Shown here piece by piece: positions 1 through 18,137 of a stretch of 64,000 bases of DNA. The stretch comes from the human T2T-CHM13v2.0 reference genome, Homo sapiens. The translations under genes were made by a program, and so were the position numbers. The stretch lies in NCBI RefSeq assembly GCF_009914755.1, contig NC_060932.1; one strand, written 5' to 3'. Within the stretch, counting starts at the first letter, position 1. Every line of letters begins with the position of its first letter. The notes beneath the pieces are model-generated. The model was not told the origin of the DNA and did no database searches. It was given only the letters and a program-made list of their open reading frames with translations.

Positions 1-1254
1 AAGTTCTGTGCTCTGAGTACGGGGTACTGAATGCAAGAGGGAGGCGGTGGGTGAGAAACGAGCCTGGGGACGCCGGCGGGACACATCACCCACCTACAGC
101 CTTCAGAGACTTCCTGGCTGGCCTCTCTTGAGAAAATGATTTTTGTCTAGTTTGTCTTCTGAGAATCTGCCAGGCTGCCTCAGCACACTCCCTTAAGCTA
201 GGATGATCTGTGGATGTGCAGCTGGACCAGGGACACGGAGGTCTATTTGAATATAGTCCCATCTCTGCCCCCAGGACAGCTAAGACCAGTCACCTCTGAA
301 GGTTCAGGGACATTGGGAAAGTCACTTCCCCTCTGACCATCAGTTTTCTCATCTTTAATGAAGGGGTTGGACTAGTTCATATCCAATGAGTTGAACTTCC
401 AGCACCCAAACAAGGATATTGCCTGGCTCAGATAAGTGCTCCGTAAACACTTGCTGAATGAATGGACTTACTGTGGTGCCCACCATAGTCTCCCAGGCTG
501 AAGACACCCAGTGGTACTGAGTCAGGGGTGGTGGCTCTGTTTGCCTGTTAGGGGACCACTGAAGCATTTTCCTATAGGGGAGTATCTTTGCCCTGGGTAG
601 AAACTGACTCCAAGTTGGTTTCCAGACTTGGTGGATAGAAAGCTAGCGCCTATGGTCAGGAGGTTAACTATCATCCACCTTTGGCATTCTCTAATTTCCC
701 ATCCACGGTTCTTTGAATTTATAAGTGGCCCAGAACATCCCTGAAGGGCAGAAACTGGACATTTTGCTGAACAAATGTGAGTCGTGCATTTTGCAAGGTG
801 GGTGTGTGGGAGAGAGTGGGAAGCCTAGCTGGCCACAAACATCCACACATCCCATGGGGTTCTTATTTAAAACATCTGCACAAAACCCCTGTGAGGTGGA
901 TCTAATTACCCTCAATTTTCAGAATAGCAAACTGAGGAAATGTTTCCTTTTGTTCAACAGGTCTTTCCTAGGGATCTGTTAGGTGCCAGGCATTATGGCC
1001 ACTGCCAACATCTCACCTCTGATGATTCGTTGAAATCATCTATGGGGCTAGGAAAAAGTCTAAAGGCCCAGGCAGCATCCCAGAAACCCTGAATCAGAAA
1101 CAGAAACAGAGACTGTCTTACATTGTTGGTGAGAGTAGAGATTGAAATAATCTCTTTGGAGGATGACTTGGAAATATTTATCTGCCTTTAAGTATTCATA
1201 CCCTTTACCTAGGCAATTCTGCTTCTGGATGTGTAACTTTCAGGTATGCCTTCA

Positions 1255-1595
<341 letters not shown>

Positions 1596-3600
1596 CCTTA
1601 GCTGAAGCTAGGAGGACAGGACTGGGCACAAGGGAAGCTCCAGGAAGGAAGGGCTTAGGGGTCTGTCTGGATTATGGCTTGACAAGGTTGACGTGAAAGA
1701 GCTATAGCTATTTTATTACCATGGAAAATGGAGTAGTAGTAGTATTATAAATTCACGGTAGGGGGAAAAAAAAACACCTCACCTCCATGGCCATCCAGTT
1801 GTCTATATCATGGATCACTCAACTCTACTTTCCACTCTTACACCATGTGAGGAACTATCCCAAACCATCAGGAAATGTTCTGCATTAATAGTGAGTCTAG
1901 AATTTGCTGAGAAAAGCAAGTCATGCTCAGGGCAAACAGGAGGGTCCAACTCGGCTTTGAGCCTCCTCTGCAGCTGTAATTGCAGTTATCAAACTTTTCC
2001 CATTCTTCAAAGATTTTGGCAGTGCTTCTCCCCAAAGAAATTCCCTTCACATTTGAAAGCTTGCTGTAGAATATAGCAATGTAGTATAGTCAGAAAATAC
2101 GGGGATTTATTTATAAGATTACAATTTTTGTCTGGTTCTTTCTCTTGTTAACAATTGGTCTTGACAAGCCATCAGCCTTCCCAACCCTTAGTTTCCCTAG
2201 CTGGTGAGTGAGAATAACAACAGCTGCCTTAACTAACCCAAAGGTGGTTCTGAGGAGTCCTCTCCAGAGAGATACTGCAAAGATGCTTTACCAAAAAAAG
2301 TGTGTGGTTTGTGCCTGATTATAAAGGTCATTATGTGCTTTGGGGCCTTTATTTAATAATTCCGATTCATGTCCATTTTAGAAATTCTACTCAATCTGAA
2401 AGGATTGAGTTAACTTTCAGAAATATGTAGGGTTCTTATAAAAAGTCACCACTCACCTATCCTCAGTATTAAGCTTTTAAAGTAACAGCCTGGTTTTCAC
2501 AGGTTCACAAACCTTCTAGTCCCCCAGAAGCCACCCAGCCCTGTAAGATGGCAATGCCATCCTTCAGTTGCTCAGTCCAGCAACCTGGGAGTCTTCCTTG
2601 ACTCTTCTGTCCTATCCATATGGGCTCTTTGTATTAATCCATGAACAAATTTTATAGATTCTACCTTAAAATACAGCCAGTCTGACCACTTCTCACCAGC
2701 CTGGTCTGGGCCACCAAGATCTTTGCACAGGGCTGCTCCCAGGTGTCCAAGCTCCATTCTGTGCAGAGCGATCCTTTAAAAACAAACCCATATCATGCCA
2801 CTCCACTGCTCAAAACACTGCAGTGACTGCCCTTCTCTTTCAGATCTGACCCCCACTGTGAACCCCACATGGTCTGCCCCAGCCAACCTTGCTGGCCTCA
2901 TCCCCTGCCAGGCTCCCGGATGCTCCAGTCACAGTGGTCTCCTTGCCTTTCCTGAAACACACCAACCAAGCAGCTCCCGTTGCTGCAGTTTGCAAATGCT
3001 GTTCTTTCTTGCTGATAATGCTCTTTCCCAGACACCACCACTCACTTCCTGTCTTTCTGCAGGGCTCTGCTCAGTGTCACCATATCTGACACACCATATA
3101 ATATAACAAGCCCTCCCTACTCTCCAGCCCAGTAGCCACTCTCCATCCTTCTATCCTGCTCTTCCTCCATAGCACTTTTTCCCACATGACATATCACATA
3201 TTTGTCTGTTTTCCACGCATCCCTCTTCTCCTGACACCTGCTGCCAAATGTAAGCTTCACAAAAGCAGAAACTTTGTTTCGTTCATTGCTATATCCCCAG
3301 AGTCTAAAACAGTGCCTGGCTCATTGCAGGGACTCACAAAATATTTGTGAACTGACTGAATACATGAATGAATTGGTTACCTAAGTGTAATATATACATA
3401 CATACATAAGTAGATATGTAAATAAGTTGATATTATAGTTACATAATAGCCAGTTAGGTTAATCTTATTTTCTAATATTTACAAGTAATTTATCTCTCAT
3501 TCTGTAACTTGTATTCTCATGTTTTTTGTTCATTTTTCTTGTGGAGATGATTTATATTGTTTGATTTTTATGTGCCATGTGTATATTAAGAATTTTTGCT

Positions 3601-3869
<269 letters not shown>

Positions 3870-4007
3870 TTATATTCTGAAATGTGTACTGTAGGATAAG
3901 GCACTGTTTTAATTCAAAGTGTCTGAAATGTCTTTTATGATTGAATAAGCCACTAATATATGAGTCATTTTCTTCTTCTGTTTCTCTAATTCCCATTTGA
4001 TTCTCAG

Positions 4008-4130
4008 AATTGGACTCTTGTGCTCTGGGGGACCACGGTTGTGAACATTCGTGTGTAAGCAGTGAAGATTCGTTTGTGTGCCAGTGCTTTGAAGGTTATA
4101 TACTCCGTGAAGATGGAAAAACCTGCAGAA
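4008..4130 (+). CDS. MATN2: Matrilin-2 EGF-like domain exon (123 nt, phase 1-1)
   Basis: ttctcag|AA acceptor and AGAA|gtaagt donor; reads [40 protein letters not shown] (six-Cys EGF module). Confidence 0.97.
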
Positions 4131-4233
4131 GTAAGTTTGTACTGGAGCTGGCTCCTACTACTATGCCAGACCACTGTGTGAAATCGCTATCCTTATCTCT
4201 GTATATATCAGTTCCTCTCAGAAGTCAATGCCA

Positions 4234-4518
4234 CACAGCAAAATGTAATGTAGTGTCCTGGATAGGACCCTGAAAGAGAAAATGGACATTAGGGAAAAAA
4301 TAAGTAAATGTCAATAAAATATAGACTTTAGTTAATAATCATGTATCAGTATGGGTTTATCAATAATAACAAATGGACCATACTCATGTGAGTTGTTAAT
4401 AATAGGGAAAACTAGGTGTGGGGTATATTGCAATTCTTTGCGCTATCTTCTCAATTTTTGCGTAAATCTAAAACTGTCCTAAATAATAAAGTCTATTAAA
4501 AAAATGGACAAACAAAAA
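4234..4518 (+). mobile_element. Old L1 (L1M-type) 3' end
   Basis: L1M-like 3'UTR, AATAAA, A-rich tail; 12-bp TSD AAGTCAATGCCA at 4222-4233 and 4519-4530. Confidence 0.75.
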
Positions 4519-5461
4519 AAGTCAATGCCAGAGCTACTACTGAAGTTCTTCACTTATATGCTCTGTGGCAAGAAACAGTGGTTTGGCAGTATACTCTAGT
4601 GGAAAGATGGACAGTCAGAAATCCAAGATTCAGTCAACCTCTGTCTCTGCCATTTATTAGCTGGGAAAGTTGCCTAACTTCTCTAAGCCTCTCTGCTTAT
4701 TTATCTTTAATAATGTTGTTGTTGTTATTTCTGGTAGCACAAATCCCTCCCAAAGGGCACCTTGTGATGAAGCCAGTTTTGCCTTTCAGAAGGCAAAGCC
4801 TCTTAGATGGGGCTGCAGCCAGCCAGCCCAGGACAAGCAGCCTTAGAGTGAATTGCTGGTGTAAATCTCAAGACACATCTCTGAATAATCAAAGGGGAGT
4901 GTGTGACCCTGGTTTCCATCCATATCAGTTATCTTTTTCTCAACGTCTCAAAGCACTTTATAAAGAGCAACTCATGTTGACACTTTTGGAAGAAAAGATG
5001 GGTAACTGGAATAATTACTCTCTCATTTTTTGGACAGCACAGCTAAGACTCCAAGAAGTTAAGTGATTCTCCTAAGTCATACACTATGTTAGGCACAAAG
5101 CCAAAGTTAGATTTCAGTGCTGCTAATCTAAATTGAGGTTTAATCTCCTAAGGAATCATATCAAGTGTTTCCATTCTGATATCAGAAACTATGTCTACAG
5201 AAAGTTGATGATGGACTGCATTTTAACACTAAAGTAGTGCTGGTGAACGATGATGGTGAAGACAGTGAAACAGTTTGAAGGGTTAGCCCGAATTAGAGCC
5301 GCTAAACTTTGTTCTCAATTGTAACTTCCTGCCCCATGGACCACTGAGCTCAGGTGGCAGATAGAATCCAGTAGCTGACTCCAGTGGATGGGTCCTCCAA
5401 GGTGAAGTCCATGTGAAATGTATGTTGTTGAAATTGTTGTAACTTGCTCTCCTGTCTTCAG

Positions 5462-5584
5462 GGAAAGATGTCTGCCAAGCTATAGACCATGGCTGTGAAC
5501 ACATTTGTGTGAACAGTGACGACTCATACACGTGCGAGTGCTTGGAGGGATTCCGGCTCGCTGAGGATGGGAAACGCTGCCGAA
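5462..5584 (+). CDS. MATN2: Matrilin-2 EGF-like domain exon (123 nt, phase 1-1)
   Basis: cttcag|GG ... CGAA|gtaagt; reads [40 protein letters not shown]. Confidence 0.97.
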
Positions 5585-5985
5585 GTAAGTAGCCTCGAGG
5601 TGGAGAAGAACTTTTCCCTCTGTGGACTCAGACAGTTAGAGAAGTTCATTTAATCCTTAAAGTCCTCCTTTATTACCACTGTCACAAGTGTCAGTTCCTG
5701 CCTTGGGTGCTCTGAAAGTGTTTAGCTAGAGATCAGTTCAGTAGCCCCTTGCTTTTTCGGGAATTTCTCAGTCAAGGCCTGAGTTTTGGGTTCTTTGCTT
5801 CTCTTCATTTTCTGCCAGCCATCAGCCCTTTCCACAGTAGCTGTGTGGGTGCCCGGAAACTCGCACAGTGCTAGTCACTGGACTGAATTAGAACCTCTGC
5901 CAGCAATCACTACAAGGACTGAAGGTTAATTACAGAGCTTTCTCCTCTTGGCAGACCGTAAAAGTAAGGGCAAAGGGTGAAAGGG

Positions 5986-6340
5986 TGTATTCGTCCATTT
6001 TCACACTGCCGATAAAGACATACCCGAGACTGGGCAATTTACAAAAGAAAGAGGTTTGATGGACTCACAGTTCCACTTGGCTGGAGAGGCCTCAAAATCA
6101 TGGCAGAAGGTGACGGGCACATCTCACATGGTGGCAGACAAGAGAAGAGAACTTGTGCAGGGAAACCCCCTTTATAAAACCATCAGATCTTGTGGAGACT
6201 TATTCACAATCAGAATAGCACAGGAAAGCCCCGTCCCCATGATTCAATTACCTCCCACCAGGTGCCTCCCACAACACGTGGGAATTGTGGGAACTACAAT
6301 TCAAGATGACATTTGGGTGGGACACAGCCAAACCATATCA
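5986..6340 (-). mobile_element. THE1 (MaLR) solo LTR
   Basis: TG...CA ends (tgtattcgtcc ... aaaccatatca); 5-bp TSD aaggg/gaggg. Confidence 0.88.
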
Positions 6341-6428
6341 GAGGGATTTCCTGTGGGTTTTTTCTATTATTTTTATCATTTGCTTCTATAGGTCACCCAG
6401 AACAGGCTCTGAGAGTTTCGTTAGAAGG

Positions 6429-7088
6429 TGTATTCCCCAGAGTTCTCCAGAGAAACAGACCTTCTCTATGTATATCTTCATCTTCTATTATATATAAATA
6501 TAATAGAAGACATATATATAATATATATATGTCTTCTATGGTCTGTTCTATCTTCTATTTATATATATCATAGAAGATATATATATATATACACACACAT
6601 ATATATGTGTGTGATGTATATATGTATACTATGGTCTGTTTCTATCTTCTATTAATATATCATCTCCACAGGAAAAATGGACATACACACACACACACAC
6701 AAACACACATATATTGTGAGGGAGGAAAAGATTGGTTGATTTTAAGGGATTGGCTCACACAATTGTCAGGGGCTGGCAAGTTCTAAATCTGTAGGGCAGC
6801 CTGGAGACCCAGGCAAGAGCTGATGCTGCAGCCCAAGTCTGAAGGCAGTCTGGATGCAGAATTCCCTTTTCCTCTGAGGACCTCAGTCTTTTTCTCTTTA
6901 GGCCTTCAAGTGATTGGATGAGGCCCATCTACATTATAGAGGGTGATCTGATCTGCTTCACTCAAAGTCTACTGATTAAATGTTAATTGCATCTAAAAAT
7001 TAGCTCACAGCATCATTTAGACTGGTGTTTGACCAAACAACTGGGCACTATAGCCTAGCCAAAGTGACACATCAAATTAACCTTCACA
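6429..7088 (-). mobile_element. MLT2 (ERVL) LTR with internal TA/CA-rich expansion
   Basis: gttctccagagaaacaga ... aaattaaccttcaca termini. Confidence 0.8.
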
Positions 7089-7609
7089 GTACCCAAAGGA
7101 ACAGAGGGATGTCATACGAGCTCAGTGAGGTGGGCATTAGGAGAGTACAGAGCAGGGATTTTTCCCCACCATGAGATTCTGAGCTGGTAATTCCCTATTT
7201 TGGGGGGAGGGGTGGTTGACAAAGTCTACTTGCTTTTGTGACACTTTGCCCCAGTGGGCAAAATAACCCTTTTTCAATTAAGTCAAAATAAGTTCAGTTG
7301 CTTTGAGGTTGATTTTTGGGAATTTCCTCACAGACTCCTTTGAGATAACTGGGGATATTCCACAAGCCAACAAGGCTGGGTTGGAGGGATCTCAATACCT
7401 CGCTTCTTCCTCCAGGAAGAGGGACTCCTACCTTTAGCAAGAAGTTCTGTGTGAATGACTGACACCTAGGATGCCTGTGGTACCCTGGCCTAACTCTGCA
7501 GGGATTCCCCTCACAACTGCAGGTCCAGCTTCACACTGCAGTGGCCCTCTTGTGGAGATTTTGTCTATAATTCTGCCCATTGTGCCTGTCTGCACTGCTT
7601 GTTCATGCT

Positions 7610-7991
<382 letters not shown>

Positions 7992-8674
7992 TAAATTGAA
8001 CACAAGGTACAACTTCTACCTCTGGAATTTGATCCTAAATCAGATTTCACCATTCCTGCTTCCTAGAGGGATGTGTTCTCACTGATTCCAATTTTGTGTG
8101 AAGCCTCTCCTTTTAAGGGGTAATGACAGGAAAGAGCCATAGGCTCTCATGCTATGGAGGAGCACTCGGGAGACAGCTGTGTCATCAACCTGCCAGATGA
8201 CCGTGGGCAGCAGTGAAGCTCTCTGAGTATCTAATTCTTCATTGATACCTTGAGAATAATTATCCCTGTCTTCCTTGTCTCACAGGGTGTTGTGAGGGTT
8301 AAAGGGCTGTAAGTACTTCGAAGAGTTTAAATTACCTCACACATGAGAAATGTTCATTAGACAATCTGAACTGGAGTGTTTGGGATGTCTGTGGCAAAAG
8401 AAATTAGAAGCTAAAGCACATCTAATAATAGGATAGTAAGTCAAGGACACCTAATCACCCATCGTACCATTCAGACTCATGGGAGCTAGAGCTTTCTGAG
8501 AGGAGCTTTTTCCCCATCCTGAGTATGAGACTGCAAAAGACATTATGAAGGAGGTTTGAAGAGAGGTGTGTTTTCTTTAAAAGAGATTACTTCCACAATC
8601 TCTACTCACATGACTATTCAATTCACCTCATTTCTACACTGATGGGATTGTTCAACTCCCTACATTTTCCTCAG

Positions 8675-8797
8675 GGAAGGATGTCTGCAAATCAACCCAC
8701 CATGGCTGCGAACACATTTGTGTTAATAATGGGAATTCCTACATCTGCAAATGCTCAGAGGGATTTGTTCTAGCTGAGGACGGAAGACGGTGCAAGA
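8675..8797 (+). CDS. MATN2: Matrilin-2 last EGF-like domain exon (123 nt, phase 1-1)
   Basis: cctcag|GG ... AAGA|gtaagt; reads [40 protein letters not shown]. Confidence 0.97.
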
Positions 8798-9129
8798 GTA
8801 AGTGATCTGAACTTGGCTCTCTGCTTTAATTTTGTTTTGGAGCAACTGCTTTTTGGAGTATTTTCAGGCAACAAATCCCTCACCTCTGCTTCTCCCATAA
8901 ATATAAATGCATATGCACAAATACAGAATGGGGAAGAGAGGGCTTAACTGCAGCACCTGTGAAAACACTTTCGGTTTTAATTGACAGTAAATTCATTATC
9001 AGCCAAGAGGCTAGGGTGATCGTAGGCTGAACAGCAATGTCTGCATGAGGGAGGTGGAGAGAGCTGTGCTCTGCTCTGTGCTGGAGAATTACATTCAGTT
9101 CTGGGCATGGTACTTTAGGAAAAAAGAGA

Positions 9130-9750
9130 TGGATCAACAGTTTAAACATAAAAAAAAAAAAACACAAAAGAGCAAAAGGAGTCTTGAGAGAATTATTTTT
9201 TAATCTGAGAGTAGAGAAGATCTTTCTAAACATGACATGAAATTTAAAAGCCATAAAAGAAAAACAAAGGAAAATATCTAGTAAGAGAGTAAAGCTGTGA
9301 TACCTTTTTTTAACCTATTAGTTAACCTATTAGTTACCAGAGATCAAAAAGTTTGATTCCTTATGTTGGCAAAGGTATATTGTAGTAGGGAATTATAAAT
9401 GGATCAGTGAGTGTCTGAATTGGTATAACCTTTCAGAGGGCAATTTGGCAATGTTATCAATCCAGTTCTAGAAGTTTATCTTACAGATACGTGCATGTTT
9501 ACAAAGCCATGTATACAAGGATATTTTATACAGCACTATTTGTAGCAGCAAAAAACTGGAAACAAGCTAAATGATCACCCATGAGCCTGGCTGAATAAAT
9601 TAAGGCACATCTATGTAATAAAACATGATGCAGCTGTTAAAACAACAAGCAGCTCTGGATGTATCCCCAAGATATTTTAAGAGAAAAAAGCATGGTGCTG
9701 AATGTTTTTTATAGTATGTTACCATCGATATATTTTGTAAAACACTCTAA
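9130..9750 (+). mobile_element. Degenerate L1M fragments
   Basis: Similarity by eye to L1 ORF2 end and 3'UTR. Confidence 0.55.
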
Positions 9751-10239
9751 CATACAGTCTCTCTTTCTCTATATATGTGTGTGTGTGTGTACCATTATAT
9801 ACATATCTAATGTGTATACCCTTATGCACACACACACACACACACACACATACACACACCCTTTTTCTAATATTTAAGTTTTGTTCCAAATGCATGTATT
9901 ATTTTTTAGAAAAAAATAAGATAAACACGATTTAGAAAGAATTAAGCAGCATGATCTTGTGAGGAAGTTCAGTATTATGTTAAGCAGAAAAAAATTAGGA
10001 AACTGGGGATCTTTGTAGAAAAAAATTTTGAGGTACCAAATACCAATGTGACTGTCATCTCACTCATGATTTGTATGATACCCCCACCCCACCCCACCCT
10101 ACCCTGGAAAGAAAGGACACTTGGAGAAGCTACAGCTTAGCACGAGGACAAAGAAGCTTTCTACCAGGGAAGCTGCATGCCTAATTAGTTCAGAGCATAA
10201 GCTTCAGCTCAGACAGATCTGGATTTGAACCCTGATTCA

Positions 10240-11170
<931 letters not shown>

Positions 11171-11226
11171 AAAGGTGTTGAGCCCAGTGCTCACACACAC
11201 TAAGTGCTCAAAAAATGATCACTATT

Positions 11227-12115
<889 letters not shown>

Positions 12116-12937
12116 TCACTGGGTGAGGATGCTGTAAAGAGGATGTAAGCAACAGCAGGGCTGGAGTAGATGATCTTTAAAGGGCTTATCCATGCCTGAA
12201 GTTCTAGAACTTTCTGAAAATTACGTTCTGAAAGCAAGTCACAGCTCCATTCCAGTCTTATCAACTTAACTACCAAAAAGAAAATGCCCAAGAAAAGTGG
12301 GAATTAACCTCTGGCAAAAAAATAGTCTAATAAGTGGGGCTGTCCTTCCTGTGTCTGAAAGCAAATACCTGGGCCCTGCTCTCCCTGATGCTTTTCCACT
12401 CTACTTTGTTTTGTGTTTCCTGGAGAAGCCTTCTGGATGCCATTCTATGTGTGGGGGTTGCAAGTGCTAGTTTTGTTCTGTAAGAAAAATGTGTACAGAA
12501 AGGAGGAGAAAACAGACTCACTGCTGGAAAATTATTTCAGTATTTTTGAAATCTGCTGAAGAGCCACATGCATGCTGCCTGAGTCTTTTTTTGGTTCACT
12601 CAGGAACAGACTATGAATGTAAATGAAGCTTTGAGTTGGCCTTTTCCTCTTTCACTAATAAAAGATCGATAGGTTGAGTGATGAGGAAAAGCACTTAATG
12701 GAGAAACAGAAGAACCCAATCCCCCAACATGTGCGCACTCACGCACACACACACACACACACCACACACACTATGACGTTAAGCATTTTATACTGGCCAG
12801 GCATAGAAATGGTTTTGCATGTGTGTGTCTCTACATGCTTATATTGTTGTGCCTCACTTTTAAAGATTAGACAGCTGCTTGATATATAAAACAGAATGTT
12901 TATCACAGATTGTGGATTGTTTGAAATGAGATCATCT

Positions 12938-14030
<1,093 letters not shown>

Positions 14031-14888
14031 AATTATTTTGTAAGCTTTAATAGGTCAGTAGGGTACTTACAGGTGTGCTACCCAATGAACATCACCTCAT
14101 TCACTTAGTCTGTCACCACACATTTACTGAACACTTTTTTTGTGCCAAGTATTGGGGGGTGGGGCACAAAAATGAATGAAACACAGTCCCTGCTGAGGAG
14201 GAACTCACAGACTGGAGGAGGAAACACATCATTAAATAATTATTGTACAATGTGGAACACTATATAGAGTACATTAGATTGTATGCAGCTTGGTGTTAGG
14301 GATTGTGTCTTGGTCACTATTGCAATCCTGCTATGCCCATGGCCTTGTACAAAGCAGGTCCTCAATAAATTTTTGGTTGAATAAATTAGTAGTGTTTGGG
14401 GTATATAGAAAGCAATACAAGCTGAGTTACTAGGAAGGCTCCCCAGCAGAGGTGATGGCTGAGCTGAAGAAATCTCTTTCTCCATTGACTGTCAGAATGC
14501 CAGCACTAGGGTGATGTCACCCTCCTAAAGTTCTAGGAGTCTTTTGGGTATTGTTAGACCCTTCAGTGTACTCTACACCCAGCTCCTCCCAGACCTGTCA
14601 GTGTTCCAGGGTACAATGTAGACTTGGTTTCCTAGACAATTGTATATCTGCCGTTTTGCTTGTGAAAAATACTATTTTTATCAATATGACAAGCCAACCA
14701 TAAAAGTATACGTGAAAATTATTGTTGCTTGTGGCCCTCCCAACAACTCATCTATCCTGTGTATTATCTAAAGAACAAAACTGGTTCCCCAAAGTGGTTA
14801 TGCCTCCAATTGAAGCATCATTTTATTCTACTCTTGTGCATAAATGATTTTTTATTCAACTATGTCAACTTTCCTTCTGTTCATATAG

Positions 14889-15302
14889 AATGCACTGAAG
14901 GCCCAATTGACCTGGTCTTTGTGATCGATGGATCCAAGAGTCTTGGAGAAGAGAATTTTGAGGTCGTGAAGCAGTTTGTCACTGGAATTATAGATTCCTT
15001 GACAATTTCCCCCAAAGCCGCTCGAGTGGGGCTGCTCCAGTATTCCACACAGGTCCACACAGAGTTCACTCTGAGAAACTTCAACTCAGCCAAAGACATG
15101 AAAAAAGCCGTGGCCCACATGAAATACATGGGAAAGGGCTCTATGACTGGGCTGGCCCTGAAACACATGTTTGAGAGAAGTTTTACCCAAGGAGAAGGGG
15201 CCAGGCCCCTTTCCACAAGGGTGCCCAGAGCAGCCATTGTGTTCACCGACGGACGGGCTCAGGATGACGTCTCCGAGTGGGCCAGTAAAGCCAAGGCCAA
15301 TG
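14889..15302 (+). CDS. MATN2: Matrilin-2 vWA2 domain, first exon (414 nt)
   Basis: catatag|AA ... AATG|gtaata; [19 protein letters not shown]...[11 protein letters not shown]; MIDAS residues DxSxS, T and D present; lies within ORF 14729..15487. Confidence 0.98.
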
Positions 15303-16045
15303 GTAATATGGGGTGGAGGTGCGGTTTACACCACTCAAGGTTCAGGTTTCTTAAACTCACTCAGTGGTCTCAGCTGGCCATAAGGGTAAGCTTCTTTGAG
15401 TGTACAGAAAGGCCTCCTGGCAACTGCCATTATACATCTTTACTACCCTGCCACCTAGAAGCCTTAACAGGACCCCACAGGAGTTAAATAAAGTGCTCAG
15501 GAAGGAGTCTGGCTACTAGAAGGGTAGGCTAAGCTGACCACAGGCGGGTATCCTCTCACTGTGATTTACTAGCCAGTGTGTGATCTCCAGTGTAAGAATC
15601 GCCTAGATATACACAATAGTTCCGAAACACTGGTCGGCTTGCTCTAGAATCAACTGAAGACTTTGTTAAATTGTTTCTGATGGGAACTTTTACTGTGTAT
15701 ATTTATTCTTGTATTTTTTAACCAATACTTCAAGCGAGCATTCTGAAAATGCAATAGCCCCTAGGGTGGATAATACTCTTGTGTTTCCAGGAGGCAAAGT
15801 TAGCTTTTCCGAAAATCAAATGATGGAACAGATTATGACTCTAAGCTCTTGTTGCTCAGTAAAGCCCAGCCTCTTCTCTGAGGTTTTCCTGACCTGAGGG
15901 TTACTTCAGTTGTACAGATGTGAAGCGTGCTCGAGGAGTATGACCCTTGGCTAAAGGAAACCCAAAAGGTAGGATAATTGGTAGAGACAGTTTATGGTGA
16001 AGTTTCTAGATTCCTTGAGGGAGATAAGAAAACTTGAGGTTGTGA

Positions 16046-16360
<315 letters not shown>

Positions 16361-17934
16361 AAAACTGCCTTCTTAAAGTACTTGTTGAGGACACACTGCT
16401 TTAGCAAGTCCTGTAAGAGGAAATAAGGTATGCACAGATCAAGGCCTCATCTAAGACTTTATGGACCCAGTGCCTAGATCAGGCCTGGCACACAGTAGAT
16501 GTGTGACAACTACTTGCTGAGTGAATGAAGAAAGAAGTGAGAGTACTGGCAGTCCCATTGGTGAACTCCATTCCTCCTCACAGAAAGGCTGGTTCACATC
16601 GACATTCACTCGCTGTCTTTGTGAAGGAGGTCATTTTATTGATACTGCGTACCTTCCTCTTTTTCTAGCCCAAGAGTGGTAGCCACAAAGTGTCCTGCCC
16701 TGAATCATCTGGATAGATTGTAAAACTGGCTGTTCACACTAGCCTAGATTGCTAGAGCTCATGTCAAACTCATAGGCCCCCTAGTCTGCATTCTTAAAAA
16801 GAATTAATTAGGGGAAGCATCTTAGTCTCCAGAGACAGTGGTTAGCCCTTTCATCTCACTGAGACTAATCTACCTTACCCTTTGCTCCACTCAAATGTCT
16901 CTACACATCACACAAAGACAGGTGGTAGCAGAAACTGATGTTTACTTGATTCTTGAATCAACAAGATTTATATGAGGTGACATCCTCTTATGAATTTAAC
17001 TAGTCTTATGTATAGCAAACAGAATCTTAAAATAGTAGTTATCCTTTTTAGGAAGTCGTGCATAAAATCACTGGGCTCCCGGACAAATATGCTGAACTTG
17101 GTTAGTGACCTTACACAGACTCAGAACAAGGCATCACAACTCTTGCCCCTTGTCTTGAAGAGCCATTTTTAAGTACATTTTTAAGAATCTAGTCTAATAA
17201 ATTAGCTAGAATAAGTTATCAGTGCTGAAAAATGTTTGGACTCCAGCAGAACATATTCTTATTGTGTTTTACTTTCAAATGAAGAGTATATAGGGGAAGG
17301 GAGTCTAAGGATTGAGTAAGAAAAGCTTTTAAAGCAAACGCATATCCCTGTTGAAATTTAAGGCTGATCTTGGGTTTGTTCTTTTTCCTGACTTTAGGGG
17401 TTTCCAATGGTCTGTAGATTATCCTTTTCAGCTTAGCACTTCCTCACAAAGTTGTGTCATCTTAGCAGAAGTGGGCAAAAAGCAGCTTCACTTGGCCTCA
17501 GGTCACTTACGTTTCCTACCCTGTAGCTTTGAGTAGAAACTAGGTTATTAGGTCATAAATTGACTTGATTCTTAGAATTCTTCCAGAAGAGATTCCCATT
17601 TAGCAAGCCATAAAATAGGGCTCATTTCTATGAATCCAGAAGGCTAATTCAGGGGGAAGTTGCAGATTTGTTAAATGGCCCAGCCCAGGGCTGAGCAACA
17701 GGTTAGTAGTTTAGTTCCCCAGCGTCTCCCAGATGCCTCACTTCTCTCTTGGATCCCTCCCTTTTGTTCATAGGACCAAAATAAAAATGGTAGAAAAATA
17801 AAAAGGAAGGTTGGCATGGACTCTTCAAATCATACCACTTAACATCTAACTGGCTTTGGGTGCAGTACACACAACTTCCAGCCCCTGGGAACACAACTCT
17901 AACTAACTTGCTCTTAATTTTTCCTGCACCCTAG

Positions 17935-18087
17935 GTATCACTATGTATGCTGTTGGGGTAGGAAAAGCCATTGAGGAGGAACTACAAGAGATTGCCTCTG
18001 AGCCCACAAACAAGCATCTCTTCTATGCCGAAGACTTCAGCACAATGGATGAGATAAGTGAAAAACTCAAGAAAGGCATCTGTGAAG
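17935..18087 (+). CDS. MATN2: Matrilin-2 vWA2 domain, second exon (153 nt)
   Basis: ccctag|GT ... GAAG|gtacta; [51 protein letters not shown]. Confidence 0.97.
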
Positions 18088-18137
18088 GTACTATAGCTTA
18101 CGCCGAAGACCTTAGCAAACAAGGCAGCATGAACTCC

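Noticed and set aside
4578-5066. 162-aa ORF in a MATN2 intron
   Set aside because: Non-ATG start, overlaps MIR-like sequence, no recognisable domain or splice support
14729-15487. 252-aa ORF as a standalone vWA gene
   Set aside because: Only 14889-15302 is exonic; the flanks are intron read-through
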